A DNA stretch of 49,706 bases from Acutalibacteraceae bacterium (GCA_045532895.1 JAZSGU010000166.1:1-49706), one strand, 5' to 3'. Positions 27,387-37,970 are shown, numbered from the stretch's first letter. Notes: generated from the sequence alone by a model not told the origin. Program-made: numbers and translations.

Positions 27387-28322
27387 ATGAAATTTGTAAA
27401 TGTATTGCAAAACAAAAATGTGTATGCCGACGGCGTTCATGACGACACAAAAGCACTGCAGGCTTGCATCGACGAAGTTAAGAACGGCGGAACCGTTTAT
27501 TTCCCCGACGGAACCTATCTTCTTTCAGCGGCACTCATCTTTTATTCAAACCAACATTTTAAATTTTCAGACAAGGCCGTTCTTCTGCGAAGCGACAAAA
27601 GCGAGCCTTTAACAAGATATCTTCTTGCCTCATATTCCGAGCCGGAATGGGGCGGCTACAGCGGCACGCACGATGTGGTAATATCTGGCGGCGTATTTGA
27701 CGGTAACGGCAATATCACCGAACGAACAACACTTGTGAACACGGTTCATTGCAGAAACATCATAATTGAGAATTGCCGTTTTGTTCACTGCGCACATTGG
27801 CATTGCATTGAAATCAACGGCACGGAAAATGCTGTTGTTCAGAACTGCATTTTTGACGGCCCGTCTTATACTGCGTGTAACGACGGCCTTTATAATGAGC
27901 AGCTTCAGCTTGATTTGGCACGCGAAGGCTCCTACGGCCCTGTTTACAACTGCGACGGAAAGCTCATTGATTTCAAAACCGATGAAACCGTTTGCCGTAA
28001 TATTGTTGTAAAGAATAACATTTTCAAGTGTGACGGCTTCCCGGGTGTTGGTCATCACGGCGATTGCGACCATAATAATATTGAAATAGTTAATAACATT
28101 TTCGACGGTCCATCGGGCAGAGACGGAAAAAGCAGGGGATATGTTTTCTTCAGACCTATGGTTTATGACCTGAAGGTGAGAGAGAATGTATTTATCGCTC
28201 CCGAAGAAACCGATTCCCCAAGCTACGGTATCATTCATGAAAATACCGATGCCACGGCATTGAATGCGCAGGATAATCTCTTTATCGGCAAAATTGATAA
28301 GGAAGTTATCACAGGCAAATAA
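27387..28322 (+). CDS. Right-handed beta-helix (pectin lyase-fold) protein, no signal peptide
   Basis: DGVHDDTKALQACID...GTVYFPDGTY N-terminus; repeated IENCRF/VQNCIF/KNNIF/VNNIF coils. Confidence 0.82.
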   Translation: MKFVNVLQNKNVYADGVHDDTKALQACIDEVKNGGTVYFPDGTYLLSAALIFYSNQHFKFSDKAVLLRSDKSEPLTRYLLASYSEPEWGGYSGTHDVVISGGVFDGNGNITERTTLVNTVHCRNIIIENCRFVHCAHWHCIEINGTENAVVQNCIFDGPSYTACNDGLYNEQLQLDLAREGSYGPVYNCDGKLIDFKTDETVCRNIVVKNNIFKCDGFPGVGHHGDCDHNNIEIVNNIFDGPSGRDGKSRGYVFFRPMVYDLKVRENVFIAPEETDSPSYGIIHENTDATALNAQDNLFIGKIDKEVITGK

Positions 28323-28352
28323 TCAAAAACTTTTATCAAGAGGTGTATTGCG

Positions 28353-29033
28353 ATGAAAATTACCTTTCTGGGAACCGGTGCCGCGGATTGGCCTGCCGAA
28401 AAACCGAAGGATGCAACTGAATATCGCAGATGCTCCTCTGTACTGATTGACGATGTTTTGCTTGTTGACCCGGGACCTCAGGTTATTGATGCACTTTCGG
28501 AATTTGATATTAATTCCCATCGGATAAAATACATAATCAATACCCATAGACACAGCGACCATTTTTGCTTAGAGACGGTCAAACACCTTGTGTCACTTAA
28601 TGCTGCTTTCTATGAGTTTTCTGAAGGTGAGTCAAAGAAAATAGGAAATTATACGGTGAATGCATATAAAGGTAACCATTCAACCTGTGAGAAAACGGTT
28701 CATTTCATAATCAGGGATGGCCCTGACACATTATTCTATGGGCTTGACGGTGCATGGCTGCTTTATGAGGAGTTTGAGGCAATAAAGGAGCATAAACCGG
28801 ACCTTGCGGTGTTTGATGCCACGATAGGTGATGCTGACGGAGATTACCGTGTTTTCGAGCATAATAATCTTAATATGATTATTGAAATGAAAAAATCCCT
28901 TGACCCTTATGTTAAGAAATTCTGTATAACACATATGGCGAGAACTCTGCATACCGACCATTCAGAGCTTTGTAAAAAAATGAAAAAACACAATATAATT
29001 GTTGCGCATGACGGGTTGAATATCCGATTTTAA
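28353..29033 (+). CDS. Metallo-beta-lactamase-fold hydrolase (PhnP-like phosphodiesterase)
   Basis: FLGTGAAD, THRHSDH, NH, D, EH, THM. Confidence 0.85.
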   Translation: MKITFLGTGAADWPAEKPKDATEYRRCSSVLIDDVLLVDPGPQVIDALSEFDINSHRIKYIINTHRHSDHFCLETVKHLVSLNAAFYEFSEGESKKIGNYTVNAYKGNHSTCEKTVHFIIRDGPDTLFYGLDGAWLLYEEFEAIKEHKPDLAVFDATIGDADGDYRVFEHNNLNMIIEMKKSLDPYVKKFCITHMARTLHTDHSELCKKMKKHNIIVAHDGLNIRF

Positions 29034-29149
29034 CAAAATATCGCCGGCATCAGGCGGTTGTAATTATATCTGCTGACTGCAGTTTAAAACTAACGAGACC
29101 TATTAAGCTGTCAATGATTTTTGACTGCTTATTTTACCTTAACAAGTAC

Positions 29150-29178
29150 TTGAAATATTAATAATTATGTTGTATAAT
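29150..29178 (+). promoter_or_regulatory. Sigma-A promoter of V-ATPase operon
   Basis: TTGAAA-17 nt-TATAAT, preceded by a terminator-like hairpin at about 29104-29135. Confidence 0.75.
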
Positions 29179-29232
29179 TCTTGAATGTTTATTATTATCT
29201 GTAATTCAAAATCATTATAAGGAGAAGACTAT

Positions 29233-29841
29233 ATGGAAATACAGTTACAGGAGCTTATTGCCCAGATAAAAAAAGACGGTGTAGAGGCGGCTGAAACTCA
29301 GGGTGAGGCTATACTTAACTCTGCAAAAGCCGAAGCTGAAAAAATCATCTCCGACGCACAGGCACAGGCGGAAAAGATTTTGCTTAATGCAAAAAACGAT
29401 AATGAACGCATGGTGAAATCAAGCGAGGATGCTATCCGCCAGGCGGGAAGAAATCTGCTCATTTCTTTCAGAGAAAGTGTTGCCCGAGAGCTTGAGGCGG
29501 TAGTGAGCAAAAATGTTACTGCCGTTTATTCTTCGGATTCTTTTGCGCAGCTTATCGTAAAAGCGGTTGAATGTTGGATAAACAAGCCCGATGCCGAAGA
29601 TGTATCTGTAATTTTAAACAGCGATGACCTTAAGAAGCTTGAAGAAACTCTTATTGCTGAGCTTAACAATAAAATGCTTAAAGGAGTTACTCTCAAAGCA
29701 AATGATAATTTTGACGGCGGCTTCCGTATTGCCGTAAATGAAGGCAAGGCTTATTACGATTACTCAGCCGAGGCTGTAACGGAAATGCTGTCCAACTATC
29801 TGAGCCCCAGAGTTACTGCGCTTTTGAAAGAGGCTGAATAA
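29233..29841 (+). CDS. ntpE: V-type ATP synthase subunit E
   Basis: LQELIAQIKKDGV, helical N-half, GGFRI...YYD; operon position. Confidence 0.9.
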   Translation: MEIQLQELIAQIKKDGVEAAETQGEAILNSAKAEAEKIISDAQAQAEKILLNAKNDNERMVKSSEDAIRQAGRNLLISFRESVARELEAVVSKNVTAVYSSDSFAQLIVKAVECWINKPDAEDVSVILNSDDLKKLEETLIAELNNKMLKGVTLKANDNFDGGFRIAVNEGKAYYDYSAEAVTEMLSNYLSPRVTALLKEAE

Positions 29842-29843
29842 TT

Positions 29844-30401
29844 ATGGCTGAATACTATCTTATATCTCAGTTGCCGTCTTTGGACGGAATTGGCGAAAAC
29901 GTGCCGCTTCCGATTACACAAGAGCGTTTTTTGGAGCTTTGCCACCGCTTTTTAAGCAAAAAGGCTTTGGCTGAATTGAACGGATTATCGCTTACACCGC
30001 CGAGAAATCCCGAAAAATCAAGCTCCGCTTTGATTGAAAGCTGGAATGAAGGTGAGCGCAATTTGCGCCTTGTTCTTGCCAAGATTCGTGCAGATAAAAT
30101 GAATAAACATTTTGATGCGGGTAACAATTCTTTACCCGTTGGGCTCGTGCAGGCGGCGCGCACGGCGGTTGAAACAGAAAGCCCTATGGATGCAGAAAAG
30201 TTTCTTAACCGCTTCCGTCTGGATTTTTTGGAAACGCTCAGACCTATGGACTCTTTCTCTGAGGATTATGTTTTTTATTATTGGCTGAAGCTGAAGCTTA
30301 TTCTGCGTATAAGGCAGTTTGATGCGGACAGCGGAAAAGCCGCATACAGAAATATTTACAGCTCCATTATAAATGGAGACGGGTTGGAGGTTACACAATG
30401 A
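29844..30401 (+). CDS. DUF2764-family V-ATPase-associated protein (subunit C-like)
   Basis: YYLISQLPSL N-terminus, LKLKLILR, position between E and A. Confidence 0.8.
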   Translation: MAEYYLISQLPSLDGIGENVPLPITQERFLELCHRFLSKKALAELNGLSLTPPRNPEKSSSALIESWNEGERNLRLVLAKIRADKMNKHFDAGNNSLPVGLVQAARTAVETESPMDAEKFLNRFRLDFLETLRPMDSFSEDYVFYYWLKLKLILRIRQFDADSGKAAYRNIYSSIINGDGLEVTQ

Positions 30402-32167
30402 CCGAAAATAAAGGCAAGGTAGTAAGCATTAACGGAAACCTGGTGTCTGTTGAATTTGAAGGCAATGTTTCCATGAACGAAATTTGCTTTGTTAAGGTGG
30501 ATGACACCAATCTTAAAAGCGAGGTTATCCGTATCCGCGGAAATATCGCACAGATACAGGTTTATGAAATGACGGGCGGCATAAAATGCGGTGACGAAGT
30601 GGAATTCACCGGCGATATGCTGTCTGCCCAATTAGGTCCGGGTCTGCTCGGTCAGATATATGACGGCTTGCAGAATCCGCTTCCTTTGCTTGCTGAACAG
30701 GCAGGCTGGTTTTTGGAGCGCGGAATTTATGCCGACGGCTTGGACAGCGAGAAAAAATGGGAATTCACTCCCACAGCCAAAATCGGTGACACGTTGCGTG
30801 CAGGGGAATATATCGGAACTGTTCCCGAGGGAGCTTTCACACACAAAATTTTCATTCCGTTCTATCTTCTCGGGAATTACACATTGAAGTCAATCGCAGA
30901 GAAGGGTGAATATACAGTAAATGAAACTGTTGCCGTTATTACGGACGAAAGAGGCAGAGAAATTTCCGTTTCAATGTCATTCAGATGGCCTGTAAAGCGT
31001 GCTGTTAAATGCTACAGCGAAAGATTGGCCCCGATTGAAACAATGGAAACAAAGGTGCGCCTTATCGATTCATTCTTCCCCGTTGCAAAGGGCGGAACCT
31101 ATTGCACCCCCGGTCCTTTCGGTGCAGGAAAAACGGTTTTGCAGCACACAACTTCAAAATACGCAGATGTTGACATCGTAATTATCGCTGCGTGCGGTGA
31201 GCGTGCGGGTGAGGTTGTTGAAACGCTGACCGAGTTCCCCGAGCTTACCGACCCAAAAACGGGCCGTTCTCTTATGGAACGTACAATTATTATCTGCAAC
31301 ACATCTTCAATGCCTGTTGCATCCCGTGAAGCATCGGTTTACACCTCGGTAACACTTGCCGAATATTACCGCCAGATGGGTCTGAATGTTCTTCTTCTTG
31401 CAGACTCCACCTCACGCTGGGCGCAGGCTCTGCGTGAAATGTCGGGCAGACTTGAAGAAATCCCCGGCGAAGAGGCATTCCCCGCATATCTTGAATCCTA
31501 CATCGCGGCTTTCTATGAAAGGGCGGGTTATGTCCGCTTGCCCGACGGAAGCACCGGCTCCGTAACAATCGGCGGCACCGTTTCGCCTGCAGGCGGTAAC
31601 TTTGAAGAACCGGTAACTCAGGCAACGTTAAAGGTTGTCGGCGCATTCCACGGCTTGTCGCGCGAACGCTCGGACGCAAGAAAATACCCTGCAATCGACC
31701 CGCTTATCTCTTGGTCAAAATATAAGACGGTTACAGAATCCGCAAAATCGGTTTTCTGCAAAAACATTCTTTTTCACGGTGACGAAATCGGCTCAATGAT
31801 GAAGGTTGTCGGCGAAGAAGGCACAAGCCTTTCGGACTATATTGTTTACCTGAAATCGGAAATGCTTGATTCCGTTTATCTTCAGCAGAACTCATTTGAT
31901 TTGGTTGATGCAAACTGCGGTATTGACCGCCAGCGCTATGTTACCGACAAATTGATATACGTTCTCGGCAGCGAATATGCGCTCGATAATAAGGACGATG
32001 CACGCGGCTTCTTTAACCGTATGCGTCAGAAATTTATCGACTGGAACTATACAGAGTTTGAAAGCGAAGCGTTTAAAAAGGCAGAACTTGAAATTGACTC
32101 TCTTTACGGCGAAGGTCAGGGGAAAATAAGCCTTGAAGCCGAGCTTTTGTTAAAAGGTGGTGAGTGA
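30398..32167 (+). CDS. ntpA: V-type ATP synthase subunit A
   Basis: Walker [41 protein letters not shown]. Confidence 0.97.
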   Translation: MTENKGKVVSINGNLVSVEFEGNVSMNEICFVKVDDTNLKSEVIRIRGNIAQIQVYEMTGGIKCGDEVEFTGDMLSAQLGPGLLGQIYDGLQNPLPLLAEQAGWFLERGIYADGLDSEKKWEFTPTAKIGDTLRAGEYIGTVPEGAFTHKIFIPFYLLGNYTLKSIAEKGEYTVNETVAVITDERGREISVSMSFRWPVKRAVKCYSERLAPIETMETKVRLIDSFFPVAKGGTYCTPGPFGAGKTVLQHTTSKYADVDIVIIAACGERAGEVVETLTEFPELTDPKTGRSLMERTIIICNTSSMPVASREASVYTSVTLAEYYRQMGLNVLLLADSTSRWAQALREMSGRLEEIPGEEAFPAYLESYIAAFYERAGYVRLPDGSTGSVTIGGTVSPAGGNFEEPVTQATLKVVGAFHGLSRERSDARKYPAIDPLISWSKYKTVTESAKSVFCKNILFHGDEIGSMMKVVGEEGTSLSDYIVYLKSEMLDSVYLQQNSFDLVDANCGIDRQRYVTDKLIYVLGSEYALDNKDDARGFFNRMRQKFIDWNYTEFESEAFKKAELEIDSLYGEGQGKISLEAELLLKGGE

Positions 32168-32169
32168 GA

Positions 32170-33465
32170 ATGAATAAAGTTTTTAACAGAATCGAATCCG
32201 TTACGGGCAATGTTATCACTGTAAAAGCCGAAAATGTAAGATATAATGAGCTTGCTGTAATCAACACACGCTTCGGCAAATCCCTTGCGCAGGTCAACAA
32301 GATTGACGGCGATATTGTTTCGCTTCAGGTTTTTGAAGGCGGTCAGGGTGTTTCAACGGGTGATGAAGTGCGCTTTCTGGGCCACGAAATGCGTGTTTCA
32401 TTCAGTGAAGACCTTCTTGGCAGAATTTTCAACGGTTCGGGCGAACCGAGAGATAAAGGTCCTGCGCTTACCGATAACATGAAGGCTATCGGCGGGCCTT
32501 CCGTCAACCCCACAAAGCGAATTCTTGCCAACCGCATGATGAGAACAAATATCCCCATGATTGATATGTTCAACACCCTTGTTGTTTCGCAGAAGCTCCC
32601 CATTTTTTCAATTTCCGGTGAGCCTTATAACCAGCTTCTCGCCCGCATTGCCATGCAGGCGGAAGCAGATGTTATTGTGCTTGGCGGTATGGGTCTGAAA
32701 TATGATGACTTTCTTTATTTTAAAGAAGAGCTTTCGAACGGCGGTGCTTTAAGCAAAACCGTTATGTTTATTCACACAGCCTCTGACCCCACTGTTGAAT
32801 GCATGATGATTCCCGATATGGCGTTGGCTGTTGCGGAACAGTTTGCTTTGCAGGATAAGGATGTATTGGTGCTTCTTACAGATATGACCAACTTTGCCGA
32901 TGCCATGAAAGAAATTGCCATCACGCAAGAGCAGGTGCCCTCTAACCGCGGATATCCCGGCGACCTTTATTCACAGCTTGCCGCACGTTATGAAAAGGCT
33001 GTTGACTTTGCTGATTCAGGCTCAGTCACTGTTCTTGCGGTTACCACTATGCCCGGCGATGACGTAACACATCCGGTGCCTGATAATACCGGCTATATTA
33101 CCGAGGGTCAGTATTACCTCAAAGGAGGACGCATCGAGCCGTTTGGCTCTCTTTCGCGTCTCAAACAAAATGTAAACGGAAAAACCCGTAAGGACCATCG
33201 AGCCCTTATGGATGCCATGATTAGAATGTATTCATCCTATAAAGAAACGCTTGAAAAGAAAAACATGGGCTTTTCCATGAGCCGTTGGGATGAAAAACTG
33301 CTGAAATACGGTAAGCTTTTTGAAAAAAAGCTTATGGATTTGTCGGTTAATCTTTCGCTTGAAGAAGCTCTTGACCTTGGATGGAAAATTCTTGCAGAAT
33401 GCTTCGAGAAAGATGAAACCGGAATAAAGTCAGACCTTACTGATGAATTCTGGCCTGTTAAGTAA
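32170..33465 (+). CDS. ntpB: V-type ATP synthase subunit B
   Basis: [38 protein letters not shown]. Confidence 0.97.
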   Translation: MNKVFNRIESVTGNVITVKAENVRYNELAVINTRFGKSLAQVNKIDGDIVSLQVFEGGQGVSTGDEVRFLGHEMRVSFSEDLLGRIFNGSGEPRDKGPALTDNMKAIGGPSVNPTKRILANRMMRTNIPMIDMFNTLVVSQKLPIFSISGEPYNQLLARIAMQAEADVIVLGGMGLKYDDFLYFKEELSNGGALSKTVMFIHTASDPTVECMMIPDMALAVAEQFALQDKDVLVLLTDMTNFADAMKEIAITQEQVPSNRGYPGDLYSQLAARYEKAVDFADSGSVTVLAVTTMPGDDVTHPVPDNTGYITEGQYYLKGGRIEPFGSLSRLKQNVNGKTRKDHRALMDAMIRMYSSYKETLEKKNMGFSMSRWDEKLLKYGKLFEKKLMDLSVNLSLEEALDLGWKILAECFEKDETGIKSDLTDEFWPVK

Positions 33466-33479
33466 GGGGGACTGTAATT

Positions 33480-34112
33480 TTGGCAAAAATCAAACTGACT
33501 AAAAACGAGTTAAAGGTACAGAAAGATGCTCTCAAAATGTACCGGAGATATTTGCCTACTCTGACTCTGAAAAAGCAGCAGCTTCAAGCAGAAATAAGAG
33601 CTATTGAAGCGAAGGCTGCATCCGTAAGAAAAGAAAGACACGAGCTTGAAAAGGGCTTCGGGTCATGGATTGCCGTTTTCAGCGAAGCAGATGCTTTTCC
33701 TGACGGAATAATTACCGTAAGCAATATTCGCAAAGGCTGCGGAAACATTGCGGGCGTGGCTATTCCTACCTTTGAGGGCGCTGATTTTTCCAGAGGAGAT
33801 TATGATTTATATGAAACCCCTCTTTGGGTTGATATCGCTGCAAACCATATGGAAAAGGCGATGTCACTCGATTTGGAGGCGGAGGTGTTGGACGAGCAGG
33901 TCAGGCTCTTGGGCAAGGAGCTTCTTGCAACCTCCCAGAGAGTCAACCTGTTTGAAAAGGTTAAAATCCCCGAAACTGAAGAGAATATCAGAAAAATATC
34001 AATTTATATGGCGGACCAGCAGGTTAGTGCCGTGGTGCGTTCTAAAATCTCAAAACGCAAGATAGCGCTTCGGGACACCGCAACTTCCGAAACGGAGGTT
34101 TGTTCGTTATGA
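33480..34112 (+). CDS. ntpD: V-type ATP synthase subunit D
   Basis: LTKNELK, LPTLTLKKQQL, QRVNLFEKVKIP. Confidence 0.95.
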   Translation: MAKIKLTKNELKVQKDALKMYRRYLPTLTLKKQQLQAEIRAIEAKAASVRKERHELEKGFGSWIAVFSEADAFPDGIITVSNIRKGCGNIAGVAIPTFEGADFSRGDYDLYETPLWVDIAANHMEKAMSLDLEAEVLDEQVRLLGKELLATSQRVNLFEKVKIPETEENIRKISIYMADQQVSAVVRSKISKRKIALRDTATSETEVCSL

Positions 34113-36028
34113 TTGTACCTATGAAAAAAGTTTCTCTCATAATCATGGGAGATAAAAAAACAGAAACGCTAAAAAAACTACGCAAGCTTGGAATTCTTCA
34201 TATCGAAATAACGGAAGGCAGCGGTGAGAAGCTGGCAGAGCTCAAAGAACGGGTTTCTTTGATTGAAAGCGCTGCTTTTGCCGTTAAAGAAAAGAAAAAG
34301 AAAAATCTTCAGGCAAAGAATGCTTCGGTGGATGAAGCTGTTTCGATATCAAGCGAAATTGCTTCTCTTTCAGAAGAAAAAAAAGAATGCCTTGCCGAAA
34401 GAATTGCGCTTAATACGGAGCTTGAACGCATAAAAAACTGGGGAGAAATCGACCCGAAGGCGTTCGAAGATTTAGCTGAAAAAGGTGTCTGCCTTACCCT
34501 TTATGAGATGCCGAAAGATAAGTATGAAGGTCTTGGCGAATCCGTAAAAACCCTTTGCCTTGAAAAAACGAAATCTTCAGTAAAATTTATTGTTATCGAA
34601 TCGGATGATGAATGCGAAGATGAGGCATCAAAGGCTCTCAAAGGCTATCGCACGGAGTTACCGCAAATATCCACGGAAGAAATTAAAAGAAAAATTGATG
34701 CTTTAACTGCGCGCATTGAAGCCATAAATGAAAAGATATCTTCATATGCAGGCTATGCCGACAGCATGAAAAGGGCGGCTCAAGCCTGTGAAAAAGAGAT
34801 TGAATTTGAGGTCTATGCAACGGGAATGGCTGATGAAAACTTGTCGGATGACGGAAAAAGTAAAGTTTCGGTTGCCTGTTTCACCGGATATATTGAAGCG
34901 GAGAATGTTGAAAGACTCAAGCACGCGGCAAAAGAGAATTCATGGGGACTTCTTGTTGAAGAGCCAACAGAAGAGGATAATGTTCCCACAAAGCTGAAAA
35001 ACAACAAGTTTGTAAGCCTTATTTATCCGCTTACCGACTTTCTCGGTACTGTCCCCGGATATTTTGAATACGATATTTCCGGCTGGTTTTTATCGTTCAT
35101 TCTCATTTTCTTCGGGATTATTTTTGGTGACGGCGGATACGGTCTGCTGATTTCGGCAGTTGTCGGAGCGTTGATTATTAAAGCTTTAATTTCAAAAAAG
35201 AAAGTTTCACCCGCATTTTTGCTTATCGGTCTTTTCGGGCTTTCAACCATACTTTGGGGCACTCTGACCTGCACATGGTTCGGCCTTTCACCCGAGCAAC
35301 TGCCTCAATGGCTCCAAAATTTGTCGATACCCGTAATCTCCAACGTTTATGCCGATAAAATATGGTATCCGTTCTGGACTCAGGGTGAATTCGGACTCAC
35401 CACCGCGCAGAATCTGCAAATTTTCTGTTTCTCACTGGCGCTTATCCAGCTAACGGTTGCACATATCAAGGTTGCGTTTCGAAACAAAAAATCAATCAAA
35501 ATTCTCGGCGACATCGGCTCAATACTTCAGCTTATCGGCATTTATTATGTGGTGCTCAGCTTTGTTGTAAATGCCGAAGTTTTCAGCCTTGGCTTGATAA
35601 TAGGCGGCATTCCCGTCGGAACGGTTGCTGTTGCGTTGGTCTTAATAGGCTTTGTTATGAGCTTTGTTTTTTCAAACTATGAAGGAAACATTATTAAATC
35701 CGTGCTTGCAAGTCTTAAAAATATTGTTTCGGTTTTGCTTGGTGTGGTCAATGTTTTCTCAGATATAGTTTCGTATATACGCCTTTGGGCTGTCGGTCTT
35801 GCCGGCGCGGCAATATCCGCAACCGTAAATGAGCTTGCAGGTCCTCTGCTTGGCAATTTTATGTTTATGATACTTGCGATTATTCTTCTTGTGTTCGGTC
35901 ACGGACTTAACATGATTTTGAATGTTCTGTCAGTTATTGTTCACGGTATCAGGCTTAATACCTTGGAGTTTTCATCGCATCTTGACATGTCCTGGAGCGG
36001 ACATAAGTTCAAACCTTTTGAAGAATAA
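34109..36028 (+). CDS. ntpI: V-type ATP synthase subunit I
   Basis: MIVPMKKV, FFGIIFGDGGYG, SDIVSYIRLWAVGLA (essential Arg), HGIRLNTLEF; ATG 34109 after GGAGG. Confidence 0.95.
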   Translation: MIVPMKKVSLIIMGDKKTETLKKLRKLGILHIEITEGSGEKLAELKERVSLIESAAFAVKEKKKKNLQAKNASVDEAVSISSEIASLSEEKKECLAERIALNTELERIKNWGEIDPKAFEDLAEKGVCLTLYEMPKDKYEGLGESVKTLCLEKTKSSVKFIVIESDDECEDEASKALKGYRTELPQISTEEIKRKIDALTARIEAINEKISSYAGYADSMKRAAQACEKEIEFEVYATGMADENLSDDGKSKVSVACFTGYIEAENVERLKHAAKENSWGLLVEEPTEEDNVPTKLKNNKFVSLIYPLTDFLGTVPGYFEYDISGWFLSFILIFFGIIFGDGGYGLLISAVVGALIIKALISKKKVSPAFLLIGLFGLSTILWGTLTCTWFGLSPEQLPQWLQNLSIPVISNVYADKIWYPFWTQGEFGLTTAQNLQIFCFSLALIQLTVAHIKVAFRNKKSIKILGDIGSILQLIGIYYVVLSFVVNAEVFSLGLIIGGIPVGTVAVALVLIGFVMSFVFSNYEGNIIKSVLASLKNIVSVLLGVVNVFSDIVSYIRLWAVGLAGAAISATVNELAGPLLGNFMFMILAIILLVFGHGLNMILNVLSVIVHGIRLNTLEFSSHLDMSWSGHKFKPFEE

Positions 36029-36051
36029 ATTGATTATTAAGGAGAGTCATT

Positions 36052-36477
36052 ATGAATTTAGGATTATTAGGAACAGCATTGGCTATGGGCATTGCCGCAA
36101 CGGGCTCCGCAATCGGCATCGGTATTGCAGGACAGGCATCAATCGGAGCATGGAAAAAGTGCTACATGAGCAATAAAGCGGCACCCTTTATTCTTACTGT
36201 TTTTGCAGGTGCCCCTCTTACACAGACCATCTACGGCTTCCTTCTTATGCAGCAGATGAGCTCATCAACCGCAGATCCCGCGTTTCTCTTTGGCCTCGGT
36301 ATTGCATCGGGTATTGCCATGGCGGTTTCGGCTGTTGTTCAGGGTAAAGCAGGCGCAGCAGGTGCGGATGCTCTTGCAGAAACGGGCAAAGGTTTCTCGC
36401 AGTACATCACCGTTGTCGGACTTTGCGAAACAGTTGCTTTGTTTGCACTTGTTTTCAGCATGGTTGCTCTCGGATAA
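36052..36477 (+). CDS. ntpK: V-type ATP synthase subunit K (rotor, 4 TM)
   Basis: GSAIGIGIAGQA, PLTQTIYG, QGK, single carboxylate in GLCET. Confidence 0.95.
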   Translation: MNLGLLGTALAMGIAATGSAIGIGIAGQASIGAWKKCYMSNKAAPFILTVFAGAPLTQTIYGFLLMQQMSSSTADPAFLFGLGIASGIAMAVSAVVQGKAGAAGADALAETGKGFSQYITVVGLCETVALFALVFSMVALG

Positions 36478-36503
36478 GTTTTGCAGTAAAACACAGATAA
36501 ATG

Positions 36504-36541
36504 AAAAATCCACGGACATTGATTTTGTCGGTGGATTTTTT
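36504..36541 (+). terminator. Intrinsic terminator of V-ATPase operon
   Basis: AAAAATCCACGGACA-loop-TGTCGGTGGATTTTTT. Confidence 0.8.
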
Positions 36542-36576
36542 ATGCTATTATTTAATGATTATATAAGATGAATCAT

Positions 36577-36621
36577 AAAAACAGCTCAAGTTCCTAAAAA
36601 CTTGAGCTGTTGGTACGGATG
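36577..36621 (-). other. tRNA-3'-end-like 11-mer plus terminator (possible att scar)
   Basis: Minus strand CATCCGTACCA immediately followed by 13-bp hairpin AACAGCTCAAGTT/AACTTGAGCTGTT and T-run. Confidence 0.4.
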
Positions 36622-36704
36622 TTCATAACACAAGTTGTTCTCCGGCTATACATATTCTGAATCTTGTATCCAATAACATTTTCTCAAATACGGAGGAAAA
36701 TATT

Positions 36705-36995
36705 ATGTCAAATATCCTTGAAGACTTTTACTATTGCAATATTGAAGCGTAAGAATGTAGCACGGAACTTATCATTTCAATTGTACTTGTTGTTGGGGTT
36801 TGTGTTATTGCAAATGCCTTTGTAGGAAATCCGATATCAAAACACATTGCAACCAACACAGCAGAAAAACATCTTGAAGAAAAATACAGTGACAGAGATT
36901 TTGAAATAGAAAAAGTTGTCTACAACTTCAAAGACGGATATTATCATGCTTTTATCAAATCTCCGAGTAGCATAGACAGTCACTTCACTCTTTAA
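36705..36995 (+). pseudogene. Chimeric remnant: DUF6809-like N-terminus with in-frame TAA, joined to a truncated YfjL-like membrane protein
   Basis: SD GGAGG; MSNILEDFYYCNIEA*ECSTEL then IISIVLVVGVCVIANAFVGNPISK...VYNFKDGYY...SIDSHFTL*, one frame; not in ORF track. Confidence 0.6.
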
Positions 36996-37970
36996 GATTT
37001 GCAGTAGAAAGACATTCAACCGTATCTAATGCACCCTAGTAAATTTTCACCTCGCCGTTATCCTCTAAAATCATACCGTCGGGGAAAATTACATGCTGCC
37101 GGAATCCCGTCTGCGTTTCGTAATAAGTTTCAGGAGCAATAAGCGGTAATTTGCTCGTGCCGACGATTCTTGCAGGGTCTTTTGGATCAAGAAGCATAAT
37201 TCCCGCACAGTATCTTTTCTTCCAGGTTCTTTCCCAGCCGTTTTTTCTCCGTTTGTCGTCTTTATCTACTGCGTGAAAAATGGTAAGCCAACCCTTATCG
37301 GTTTTAATCGGCGGTGCGGCAGGACCGATTTTATCATTGGCATACGGAATGTTTTCAACAGCAAGAACAAGCTCGGTTTTGCCCCAAAAACGAGATCCGG
37401 CGAAGTTGAAAGCCAAAGATCAAATCTGTCCTTGCCGCCTCTTGAATAAACGGGGAACGGTCTTTCGAGACGAACGTACTTACCGTTTATTTTTTCAGGA
37501 AAGAATACTATGTTGCGGTTATCAGGAGCAGAAGCACTGATAATGTTTGTTTTTTCAAAATTGTCATCAATTTCCGCAATGCATCCCCAACTCCGTGATG
37601 TGTATCCATGGCCATACATAGGTACGGCTTACCGGCTAAAACCGTAATCCTGGGATCGTAGAGTCTTTTAATTTCATCATCAGACAAAAGATTTTTGTTA
37701 TCAAAAATAGTTTTTTCGCTTACTGTCCAGTTGATTCCGTCATTGCTTGTAGCTAAACCGAGGGAGGTTTTGAAGCGCACCTTCGGATAAGTTTTTTTCT
37801 GTGGGTCCGTAATCGTTACGGAATACCATAACATATTTGCCGTTGTATTTGGCAACACCTGCATTGAAAATCAGAGATGCTTCATAGGGTATATCATCCT
37901 TGGTGAGAACAAGTTTTTCCGTTTTGATTATGCACTCCGCACTGCAAAGCTTCGGCTTTAAGGTTTTCAT
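36985..37970 (-). pseudogene. GH130 glycoside phosphorylase/hydrolase pseudogene
   Basis: IFNAGV, YDPRIT, DNRNIVFFPEKING, HVIFP.G, KIY*GA.DT spread over four ORF fragments; frameshifts near 37795, 37588, 37387 and TAG at 37038-37036. Confidence 0.88.

Noticed and set aside
27630-28238. 202-aa minus-strand ORF
   Set aside because: Antisense shadow of the beta-helix gene
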